From: Escherichia coli
GTDB taxonomy: Bacteria; Pseudomonadota; Gammaproteobacteria; Enterobacterales; Enterobacteriaceae
Strand: one strand, 5' to 3'
DNA: 64,000 bases
Assembly: GCF_003018255.1 (NCBI RefSeq)
Contig: NZ_CP027440.1
The notes beneath the pieces are model-generated. The model ran no database searches. It worked only from the letters and a program-made list of their open reading frames with translations, and had not been told where the DNA came from. The translations under genes and the position numbers were made by a program. The stretch's first letter is position 1; each line of letters begins with the position of its first letter. Shown piece after piece: positions 55,465-64,000 of the stretch.

Positions 55465-56715
55465 TTAGCGATCAGTTTCGGTGATCCACAGCTGGCCACC
55501 TTCCATCCACGCCAGCCATCGACCATCCGGCGAGAAGACCACGGCGTCCGCAGAAGGTGGATTGGCGTGGTTTTCGGTTAAATACTCAACCTCGCCGCTT
55601 TGCGCATGGGCGCAAGCAATTCGATTATCCAGCACAAAGCCCAACCATTCTCCTGATGGATGCCAGTTAAATGCAGACTGAATATCCGTTTTGTTATGGG
55701 TTAACTGGCGCGGCTCGCCGCCCTGTGGCGAGATAAGCCACAGTTGCACAATGCCGTTATCATCACGCATTAAAAACGCGATTTGCGTACCCTGCGGATT
55801 ACAGCGCACCCAGTGGCGCGGGACGTTGACTAATCCCGGATAAGCCCGATGGTGGGTAAAGGTTAAACGTCGCTGCACGACGCCACGCGGTGGCGCAGGC
55901 AGGGTTGTTTCCGTTCCGCTTAACGGCGCATCACCTGCCACTTTCCAGCCAGCTTCATCTTGCGGCAACTCGACAATAAACAGCTCCGGCACTTTCGCGC
56001 CCTTTGCCGAAAGTGTGTCGCCAATAAACGCCAGCGCGTGATTTCCTACCCATCCTTCTTCATAAGCACGATTGATTTCATTACTGCCAGGCTGCGGCGT
56101 GGGCGTTGTTTTACTCACCAGTACGCACCAGTGGCTACCGCTGTATTCACGCGGATGCTGCTTTTGTACGTTGACCGGGCCAAACGGTACCGCAACACCG
56201 ACATTTCGCAAATCCAGCGCCGGGCAGAGTTCATGCATTACATGGTCGTTATAGGTAAAGCTCACCCTTTCACCGTTCGGGCTAAAGACATGTACATGAC
56301 TGCCGCCACGCAGTGCTCCTGGGGTGTACGGCGCGGTAATATCCATTGCATCGAGATTGCTCACCTTGCCGCCTTCAACAATCACTCCGCGTCGATGATG
56401 GAAGTCGTAATGCCATGTTTCATCAGGATTTTCCGGGCCGTGGATGAAAACATATTTCTCTGACTTCGGATGAACGGTCACCACGCCGACGTACGCGCCC
56501 TGTGACGCGCGATAGATAACCTCGACCTCGCCGGTATGGATATTCACACGCTCAATGGTCTCGCCGGTAAACGACGCCCCTGAAGGACGCACGTCAAATA
56601 CCAACCACTGACTGTCGGGCGTCCAGGTATTGGTATTGGTGAGCAGGTGATTACGGAGAGCAAAGGTTATCTGTTTCATGGCGCGGTCCTGATACAAAAC
56701 GGGTCCCGCCATCAT
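55465..56715 (-). CDS. yidR: Uncharacterised beta-propeller-like protein YidR
   Basis: 416-aa ORF; true start may be the internal Met at MKQITFA. Confidence 0.75.
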   Translation of the reverse strand: MMAGPVLYQDRAMKQITFALRNHLLTNTNTWTPDSQWLVFDVRPSGASFTGETIERVNIHTGEVEVIYRASQGAYVGVVTVHPKSEKYVFIHGPENPDETWHYDFHHRRGVIVEGGKVSNLDAMDITAPYTPGALRGGSHVHVFSPNGERVSFTYNDHVMHELCPALDLRNVGVAVPFGPVNVQKQHPREYSGSHWCVLVSKTTPTPQPGSNEINRAYEEGWVGNHALAFIGDTLSAKGAKVPELFIVELPQDEAGWKVAGDAPLSGTETTLPAPPRGVVQRRLTFTHHRAYPGLVNVPRHWVRCNPQGTQIAFLMRDDNGIVQLWLISPQGGEPRQLTHNKTDIQSAFNWHPSGEWLGFVLDNRIACAHAQSGEVEYLTENHANPPSADAVVFSPDGRWLAWMEGGQLWITETDR

Positions 56716-56779
56716 ACTTCACAAGGACTTCACTTTCAGACAATAGTCTTTTGCCATCGTGATGAATGTGAGTGAAAAG

Positions 56780-57844
56780 ATGGAACATTTCGACGTGGCG
56801 ATTATTGGCCTCGGCCCGGCAGGTTCGGCGTTGGCGCGAAAGTTAGCAGGCAAAATGCAGGTGATCGCGCTGGATAAAAAGCACCAGTGTGGTACTGAAG
56901 GTTTCAGCAAACCCTGCGGCGGTCTGCTGGCACCGGACGCGCAGCGATCTTTTATTCGCGATGGACTGACGCTTCCTGTCGATGTGATCGCCAACCCGCA
57001 GATTTTCAGCGTCAAAACCGTCGACGTCGCCGCATCGCTCACGCGTAACTACCAGCGAAGCTATATCAATATTAATCGCCATGCTTTCGACTTGTGGATG
57101 AAATCTTTGATCCCCGCCAGCGTTGAGGTTTACCACGATAGTCTGTGTCGAAAAATCTGGCGTGAGGATAATAAATGGCATGTCATTTTTCGTGCAGACG
57201 GTTGGGAGCAGCATATTACCGCCCGCTATCTGGTCGGTGCCGATGGTGCCAACTCGATGGTGCGGCGACATCTCTACCCGGATCATCAGATTCGTAAATA
57301 TGTCGCCATCCAGCAGTGGTTCGCAGAGAAACATCCGGTACCGTTCTACTCCTGCATCTTTGATAATGCGATAACTGACTGTTACTCATGGAGTATCAGC
57401 AAAGACGGTTATTTTATCTTTGGCGGTGCCTATCCCATGAAAGACGGTCAGACGCGTTTCACGACGCTGAAAGAGAAAATGAACGCCTTTCAGTTCCAGT
57501 TTGGTAAAGCGGTGAAAAGCGAGAAATGTACCGTGCTGTTTCCCTCACGCTGGCAGGATTTTGTCTGCGGTAAGAACAACGCCTTTCTGATTGGTGAAGC
57601 GGCGGGATTTATCAGCGCCAGTTCGCTGGAGGGGATTAGCTATGCGCTGGATAGCGCAGAGATTCTGCGTTCGGTGTTACTGAAGCAGCCGGAGAAGAGC
57701 AACGCCGCCTACTGGCGCGCCACCCGCAAACTGCGTTTAAAACTCTTCGGCAAAATAGTAAAAAGCCGATGCCTGACCGCACCGGCTTTAAGAAAGTGGA
57801 TTATGCGCAGTGGTGTGGCGCATATTCCACAGTTGAAAGATTAG
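56780..57844 (+). CDS. cbrA: FAD-dependent oxidoreductase CbrA
   Basis: 354 aa from ATG 56780; dinucleotide-binding motif [12 protein letters not shown]. Confidence 0.8.
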   Translation: MEHFDVAIIGLGPAGSALARKLAGKMQVIALDKKHQCGTEGFSKPCGGLLAPDAQRSFIRDGLTLPVDVIANPQIFSVKTVDVAASLTRNYQRSYININRHAFDLWMKSLIPASVEVYHDSLCRKIWREDNKWHVIFRADGWEQHITARYLVGADGANSMVRRHLYPDHQIRKYVAIQQWFAEKHPVPFYSCIFDNAITDCYSWSISKDGYFIFGGAYPMKDGQTRFTTLKEKMNAFQFQFGKAVKSEKCTVLFPSRWQDFVCGKNNAFLIGEAAGFISASSLEGISYALDSAEILRSVLLKQPEKSNAAYWRATRKLRLKLFGKIVKSRCLTAPALRKWIMRSGVAHIPQLKD

Positions 57845-59133
57845 CCAACGCGCTTCACATCGCCCACCAGCAGGATGTAAGAGAGCGCGCCAATCAACGC
57901 GACGGCGGAGATATAAACCAGTGCAGGTGCGAAACCGTAACCCTGCGCCAGGTACCCCACCACCAGCGGAACGGTGATGCCGCCCAGACCACCGGCAAAG
58001 TTAAACACGCCGCCGGTTAAACCAATCAGGCGCATCGGTGCCAGAGAAGAGACCAACGACCAGGTAATCGAAGCAAAACCGTTGCCGAAGAATGCCAGCG
58101 CCATCAGGCACATAATCATCATCGGATCGTTGGTGTAGTTCGCACCCATAATGCAGGTGGAGATCAGCAAGCCGCAGATAATCGGCGTTTTACGCGCAAA
58201 GCCCAGTGAAAAGCCCTTACGTACCAGCAGATCCGCGACCCAGCCTGAGAGCAGGACGCCAATAAACGCCGCAAGGAACGGCACTGTGGTCATAAAGCCC
58301 GCTTTCAGCGCCGTGATTCCTTTTTCCTGAGTTAAATAGTTCGGGAACCAGGTTAAGAAGAACCACAGTGTAGAAGCCACCGCAAATTGCCCAAGATAGA
58401 CACCGATCAGTTTACGATGGAACACCAGTTTCCAGTCTTTGGCTGTTAACGGCTGACGCGCCTCTTTCTTCACCGGCGCATCGCCATCCACCAGACCACC
58501 GCCATCACGAATGTAATCCAGTTCAGCTTTGCTGATGCCTTTGGTCAGACGCGGCGGCTGATAAACCTTAAACCAAATCAGCGACCAGATAATGCCGATA
58601 CCACCGGTGACAATGAACACCCAGTGCCAGCTCAACATCTCCTGAATCCAGATCAGCAGCGGAGTCAGAAACGCCAGACCGACAAACTGACCAGACGTAT
58701 AAAAACCAACGGCAGAAGCACGTTCATGTTCCGGGAACCAACTGGTTACCATCCGGTTATTGGTCGGGAACGCGGGCGCTTCGAAAATACCGGTTATCGC
58801 GCGCAGACCAATTAATGACATTAAGCCCGTGGCAAAGCCCTGGAATAACGTCGCCACTGACCAGCCAAATATCGCAATAAAATAAGTCACGCGTGAACCT
58901 ACGCGATCTAAAAACCAACCACCGGGGATCTGACATAGCGTATAAAGCCAGGCGAAGGCTGAAAATACATAGCCCATTTGCGCTTTAGTAATACCAAACT
59001 CTTCCTGAATATGGGCAGAAGCCACGGCCAGGTTAGCGCGGTCAACATAACAAATGACCACCGTAATAAAGATCATCACCAGCGTCAGATAACGCCGACG
59101 CCCCGGCTTTGCTGCATTAACGGGAATATCCAT
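57841..59133 (-). CDS. dgoT: D-galactonate:H+ symporter (MFS)
   Basis: 430 aa from ATG 59133. Confidence 0.9.
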   Translation of the reverse strand: MDIPVNAAKPGRRRYLTLVMIFITVVICYVDRANLAVASAHIQEEFGITKAQMGYVFSAFAWLYTLCQIPGGWFLDRVGSRVTYFIAIFGWSVATLFQGFATGLMSLIGLRAITGIFEAPAFPTNNRMVTSWFPEHERASAVGFYTSGQFVGLAFLTPLLIWIQEMLSWHWVFIVTGGIGIIWSLIWFKVYQPPRLTKGISKAELDYIRDGGGLVDGDAPVKKEARQPLTAKDWKLVFHRKLIGVYLGQFAVASTLWFFLTWFPNYLTQEKGITALKAGFMTTVPFLAAFIGVLLSGWVADLLVRKGFSLGFARKTPIICGLLISTCIMGANYTNDPMMIMCLMALAFFGNGFASITWSLVSSLAPMRLIGLTGGVFNFAGGLGGITVPLVVGYLAQGYGFAPALVYISAVALIGALSYILLVGDVKRVG

Positions 59134-59252
59134 AGCGAGCTTTCTCCAGATTTTGGGCATAGCGAAGCCGCTCACCATGCCCTGTAATTTACAGAGGGTT
59201 ATATTTTTGTATTACTGTTTTAGTGCCCGATGAGGGGCTTACGTGGCAGGAA

Positions 59253-60401
59253 TTACCACTCTGCTACGCTGTTATCTTCATGACGCCAGAGCGGATTACG
59301 CCAGTCCGGGGCATTTTTACTGAACTCAATAACTTTAGCTTCGTCGATTTCCACACCTAAGCCCGGTTTCGTTAATGGTTTAAAGAAACCGCCGACCATG
59401 CTGAAGTCTTCTTTGTTTTTCACAAAGTCGAGTAACTCCGCGCCTTTGTTGTAATGAATGCCCATACTTTGTTCCTGAAGTACGGCGTTATAGGAAACAA
59501 AGTCGATATGCAGGCAAGCCGCCAGTGCAATCGGTCCGAGCGGACAGTGCGGCGCAAGGGTCACGTCATAGGCTTCTGCCATTCCGGCAATTTTGTAGCA
59601 TTCGGTAATACCGCCCGCGTGGGAGAGATCTGGTTGCAGAATCGAAATACCACCCGCCTCCAGCACACGTTTAAAATCGAAACGTGAGAACATGCGTTCA
59701 CCCGCCGCCAGTGGAATATGCGTTTGTGCCGCCAGTTTCGGGTAGTATTCGGCTTGTTCCGCCAGCACCGGTTCTTCAATAAACAGTGGGCGATACGGCT
59801 CCAGTTCTTTAATCAGCACTTTCGCCATCGGCGCGCTGACGCGACCGTGGAAATCAAGACCAAACTCAATCTGATTGCCAAAAGCTTCACGAATTTGTGC
59901 CACGGTGTTGACCGCCGCATCTACCGCGCGGGAGTTATCAATTAGCCCCAGTTCTTCACAACCATTCAGTTTGAAGGTATCGAAGCCGATTTCGCGCAGG
60001 GTTTTTATGCCGTCGATAACATCCGCCGGACGATCGCCGCCGACCCAACTGTAGGCTTTAATTTTGTCGCGAACCAGGCCGCCCATCAGTTGCCAGACCG
60101 GCGCATTCAGCACTTTGCCTTTGATATCCCATAACGCCTGGTCGATCCCGGCGATGGCGCTCATCAGGATTGGACCGCCACGATAAAATCCGGCGCGATA
60201 CATCACTTGCCATAAGTCATTGATGCGCGATGGATCCTGACCAATCAAATAGTCACCCAGCTCGTGAACTGCCGCTTCCACCGTGCGGGCGCGGCCTTCA
60301 ATCACTGGCTCGCCCCAGCCGACCACGCCTTCATCGGTTTCAATTTTCAGGAACATCCAGCGGGGAGGTAAACGATACGTGGTAATTTTGGTGATTTTCA
60401 T
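59253..60401 (-). CDS. dgoD: D-galactonate dehydratase
   Basis: 382 aa, enolase superfamily. Confidence 0.95.
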
Positions 60402-61015
60402 TGCACTGCCTCTCGATACGCCTTAACAAATGCTGCTGCCTGCTGCGCGGTGCGTTCTACGGACTGCCCGGCGCGATAGAGATCGCTGCCTAAGCCCGCC
60501 CCTGCACAACCTGCGTCTATCCACTGCGCCAGGTTTTCTGGCGTCACGCCGCCAACGGCAAAGACTGCGATGTCCGGTGGTAATACCGCTTTTAACGCTT
60601 TGATGTATTGCGGACCAAAAGCCGATGACGGAAATATTTTCAGCGCCTGAGCGCCCGCGTCGAGCGCGGTAAAGGCTTCGGTCGCCGTCGCACAGCCGGG
60701 GCAGACGGTCATGCCGTAGCCCACCGCACGGCGGATCACTTCACTATGGATATTGGGCGTAACGATGAGCTGACAGCCCATTCTGGCGAGCGCATCGACC
60801 TGTTCAGGTTTGAGTACCGTACCTGCGCCAATCAACGCCTTGTCGCCATACGCATCAACGATGGCGGGAATGCTCTGCTCCCATTGTGGAGAATTCAGCG
60901 GGATTTCAACCGCGTCGAACCCGGCGTCAATCACCGCGCCAACATGTGCCAGTGCCTCGTCGGGCGTAATGCCGCGCAAAATGGCGATCAGCGGGAGTTT
61001 AGTTTGCCACTGCAT
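60398..61015 (-). CDS. dgoA: 2-dehydro-3-deoxy-6-phosphogalactonate aldolase
   Basis: 205 aa, KDPG-aldolase family. Confidence 0.95.
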
Positions 61016-61877
61016 GAGCGATGCTCCTTATACCAGCCTGAAATGCCGTGTCGCCTGCCACCGCCGTCACGTCGCAACCCATCGCCTGAAAGGCTTGCTG
61101 GTAGCGCACGGTCAGCGATGTTCCGGCGACAAGGGTGATGACTTGTTGATGGGTCACATAGTCGCGCATACTGGCGACCTCTGCGCCAATCAACAAACCA
61201 GAGAGAAATTCGCTGACCTGTTCGCGGGGAAGTGTTCCCAGCACATGCGAGGCGCGAACTTCAAAAAGCTGCGGCAATATGTCGGGAGCATTAAGGCCAC
61301 GCTCAAGACCAGCCGCGAAAGCATCGGCAGAGTTTTCCTGCGGCGGCAAACCTGCGCCAATCAATGAGTGATTTAACAGTAAATGATGTAATTCACCGGT
61401 CATCACGGTGCGAAAATCGTTAATTTGCTGGCTATCGGCCTGCACCCATTTGCAATGCGTACCGGGCATGACATAAAGAGAGGAAGGAGCGAGAGTGCGC
61501 GCGCCGATCAATTGTGTTTCTTCGCCGCGCATCACATTGTGGTTATCGTCATGAGAGACGCATAATCCGGGAATAATCCAGATATTGTCGCCAGCAGATG
61601 TTAATTGTTCGCCAATAGACGAAAAACGTGCAGGAACGGATAAATACGGCGCGACTTTCCAGCCGACATTGCTGCCGACCATTCCTGCCATTACCACTGG
61701 CGTATTCTCTTCACGCCAGTCGGTCGTCACTTCTGCTAACACCGCAGCCGGAGATTTTCCGTTCAGGCGCGTGACGCCTGCTTCTGATTGCCTGCTCTCC
61801 AGGCAGTGGTCGCCCTGATAAAGCCAGGCGCGCAGATTGGTCGATCCCCAGTCAATTGCGATGTAGCGAGCTGTCAT
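60999..61877 (-). CDS. dgoK: 2-dehydro-3-deoxygalactonokinase
   Basis: 292 aa. Confidence 0.9.
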   Translation of the reverse strand: MTARYIAIDWGSTNLRAWLYQGDHCLESRQSEAGVTRLNGKSPAAVLAEVTTDWREENTPVVMAGMVGSNVGWKVAPYLSVPARFSSIGEQLTSAGDNIWIIPGLCVSHDDNHNVMRGEETQLIGARTLAPSSLYVMPGTHCKWVQADSQQINDFRTVMTGELHHLLLNHSLIGAGLPPQENSADAFAAGLERGLNAPDILPQLFEVRASHVLGTLPREQVSEFLSGLLIGAEVASMRDYVTHQQVITLVAGTSLTVRYQQAFQAMGCDVTAVAGDTAFQAGIRSIAHAVAN

Positions 61878-62563
61878 GTGATTTCCTTTAACCTTCGTGT
61901 CGAGCTGGCAATCATGGTAAGCGCCGCCTGCTCTGCCGCATCGCCGTCCTGATGCCGTATAGCATCGAACAGCGCCTTATGTTCCTGGAGCGTTTGCGGC
62001 ATGTTGGCCTCATCGCCCATCCAGGTTCGTTCAAAAACCGCCCGCTGCAGCGAACTGATCGCAATGCTAAGTTGCTGTAACACCGGGTTATGCACCGACT
62101 GCAGCACCGCCTCGTGGTAGCGAATATCCGCTTCGTTAAACGCTTCGCGGTCCTGATTGTTGGCAATCATCTCGTTCAGCGCCGATTCAATCTGCGCCAG
62201 ATCGCTGGAAGTCGCGCGCTCTGCTGCCCAACGGGCAATCGCCGGTTCCACCAGATTTCGCACTTCGCTCATGGCACTGATAAGCCGTGGGTCGTAGTCG
62301 TTTTCCAGCACCCATTGCAGTACGTCAGTGTCGAGGTAATTCCACTGGTTACGCGGTGCCACAAACGCGCCGCGATAACGTTTCATTTCAATCAGCCGCT
62401 TCGCCATCAGCGAACGGAACACCTCACGGATGATGTTGCGCGAGGTTGCAAACTCCTCACAGAGTTCCGCCTCAGCCGGAAGCGGCGAGCCTGGCACGTA
62501 TTTACCGTGAACGATCTGTTTACCCAGCGTAATGACTATGCGATCGGTTTTATTGAGAGTCAT
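61874..62563 (-). CDS. dgoR: GntR/FadR-family repressor of the dgo operon
   Basis: 229 aa with N-terminal winged HTH. Confidence 0.9.
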   Translation of the reverse strand: MTLNKTDRIVITLGKQIVHGKYVPGSPLPAEAELCEEFATSRNIIREVFRSLMAKRLIEMKRYRGAFVAPRNQWNYLDTDVLQWVLENDYDPRLISAMSEVRNLVEPAIARWAAERATSSDLAQIESALNEMIANNQDREAFNEADIRYHEAVLQSVHNPVLQQLSIAISSLQRAVFERTWMGDEANMPQTLQEHKALFDAIRHQDGDAAEQAALTMIASSTRRLKEIT

Positions 62564-62840
62564 GGAGAGTCCTTGTGCTCTGTATGTTCTTCTCTACTTT
62601 ACCCCGATCGATGCATAACGCGGCAACTTTGTAGTGCCAGCGTGATGACGTTCGCGTTTGCCGCGTGCGTAATGTAGTACAAAATTATATTGTTGTACTA
62701 CAATTTAGATCACAAAAAGAACAATGCATAAAAAAATGACATGCGTCGGGCAGAAATCTGAAAAGGGATATCAGGCGCTAAACAGGAGGAAAAGAAGAGT
62801 ATGCTTTCAACGGCTTAGCTACTCGTTTAAAGGATTAATC

Positions 62841-63497
62841 ATGAAGTTGAATCTTAAGGGATTTTTTAAGGCTGCCGGTTTGTGTTCTTTGGCATTTGCG
62901 TTGACCGGATGTATCACCTGGGGATTGGTTTCCAATACTGCAGGCCGTCCACATGCCGAGCAATGGCGGTCAGACACGATTAAGGGTTTATCGCTGGCTG
63001 AAGACAGTAACGGTACGAAAGGCTATGTTTTTGTTGGTGAATCGTTGGACTATCTGTTGACCACCGGCGGCGGTGAGGTGGTTAAAATGCTGAACGATCC
63101 GGCAATTCATGGTGAAAGAATCACCGTTTCTGATAACGCGAAATTTATTTTAAGCAGCAGTAATAAGAAATTCTCTGGTGCTATTACGCTCTATTACGAC
63201 TGGAACAACGAAGAAGATAAGGCACTGGCAACACAATATGGTTTTATTTGTGATACCCGCCGTTGTACATGGATGCTGGACGGCCTGAAAGGCTCTATCC
63301 ACCAGAAAAATAAAAAAGCGGATTACTCAAACGTGATGGTTTTCCATCAACCCTTTACGGTGGGATTTTATGAGTACAAAGCATCAGATGGCGTTCCGCG
63401 CGGCCTCGTTAATGCGCTGCTGCCAGTCACTCTTACGCTGGATATAGTAACGTCACCACTCCAGTTCCTGATTTTATGCACGACCAGAAATTGTTAA
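62841..63497 (+). CDS. yidX: Lipoprotein YidX
   Basis: 218 aa from ATG 62841 with lipobox LTGC. Confidence 0.75.
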   Translation: MKLNLKGFFKAAGLCSLAFALTGCITWGLVSNTAGRPHAEQWRSDTIKGLSLAEDSNGTKGYVFVGESLDYLLTTGGGEVVKMLNDPAIHGERITVSDNAKFILSSSNKKFSGAITLYYDWNNEEDKALATQYGFICDTRRCTWMLDGLKGSIHQKNKKADYSNVMVFHQPFTVGFYEYKASDGVPRGLVNALLPVTLTLDIVTSPLQFLILCTTRNC

Positions 63498-63540
63498 TCG
63501 CTGCGGGCAAACGCATTCATGCCGTTTGCCCGTTCACTGA

Positions 63541-64000
63541 TTAATTCAGCACATACTTCTCAATAGCAAATGCCACGCCATCTTCAAGGTTAGATTTGGT
63601 GACAAAGTTCGCCACTTCTTTCACCGAAGGAATAGCGTTATCCATCGCCACACCGACGCCTGCATATTCAATCATTGCGATGTCGTTTTCCTGATCGCCA
63701 ATCGCCATGATTTCTTCCGGTTTAATACCTAACACGTCGGCCAGTGATTTCACACCCGTACCCTTGTTAACGCGTTTATCGAGGATTTCGAGGAAGTACG
63801 GCGCACTTTTCAGCACGGTGTATTTTTCTTTCACTTCCTGCGGAATACGCGCGATGGCCTGGTCGAGGATGGCAGGTTCATCAATCATCATCACTTTCAG
63901 GAACTGGGTATTGGGGTCCATTTTCTCCGCTTCGCAGAACACCAGCGGAATGGTGGCAACGAAAGATTCATGCACCGTGTAGTAGCTGATATCTCGGTTG
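63541..64000 (-). CDS. yidA: HAD-family sugar phosphatase, C-terminal part (runs off window end)
   Basis: Cof-type HAD motifs (…MAIGDQENDIAM…) on the minus strand; N-terminus beyond 64000. Confidence 0.8.
   Translation of the reverse strand, partial: NRDISYYTVHESFVATIPLVFCEAEKMDPNTQFLKVMMIDEPAILDQAIARIPQEVKEKYTVLKSAPYFLEILDKRVNKGTGVKSLADVLGIKPEEIMAIGDQENDIAMIEYAGVGVAMDNAIPSVKEVANFVTKSNLEDGVAFAIEKYVLN

Overview
This window reads as an Escherichia coli chromosomal segment with the gene order (yicC 3' end)-dinD-yicG-ligB-gmk-rpoZ-spoT-trmH-recG-gltS-xanP-yicH-[island]-yicI-yicJ-selC-[islet]-yicL-nlpA-yicS-nepI-yicN-adeQ-ade-uhpTCBA-ilvNB-ivbL-istR/tisB-emrD-yidFGH-yidJK-yidL-yidE-ibpBA-yidQ-yidR-cbrA-dgoTDAKR-yidX-yidA. 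Gene names are assigned from my recollection of the protein sequences and K-12 synteny; no database search was run. Three parts are not explained by the core backbone. (1) An eight-gene minus-strand operon between yicH and yicI (about 15.8-22.8 kb) encodes a PRD-type regulator, a fructose-family PTS IIA/IIB/IIC, two class II ketose-bisphosphate aldolases, a ROK kinase and a cupin protein; it matches the frz island described in extraintestinal pathogenic E. coli. (2) A small decayed islet lies at tRNA-Sec (selC): an intact RhuM-family gene, an imperfect direct repeat of the selC 3' end, a second rhuM fragment and an AT-rich orphan ORF, with no integrase. (3) The 1.3-kb yicC-dinD intergenic block is rich in perfect palindromes (three copies of TACGAAAATTTCGTA, two of TGGTCATAATGACCA) and has three minus-strand terminator-like hairpins and no convincing ORF; I could not assign it to any family and consider it the most open question in the window. 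I found no CRISPR array, IS element or integrase. Many six-frame track ORFs start at GTG/TTG upstream of the likely true start; I trimmed N-termini where an in-frame Met reproduces the protein start and length I recall. Hand-located small features (boxes, hairpins, sRNA ends) are accurate to about +/-2 nt.
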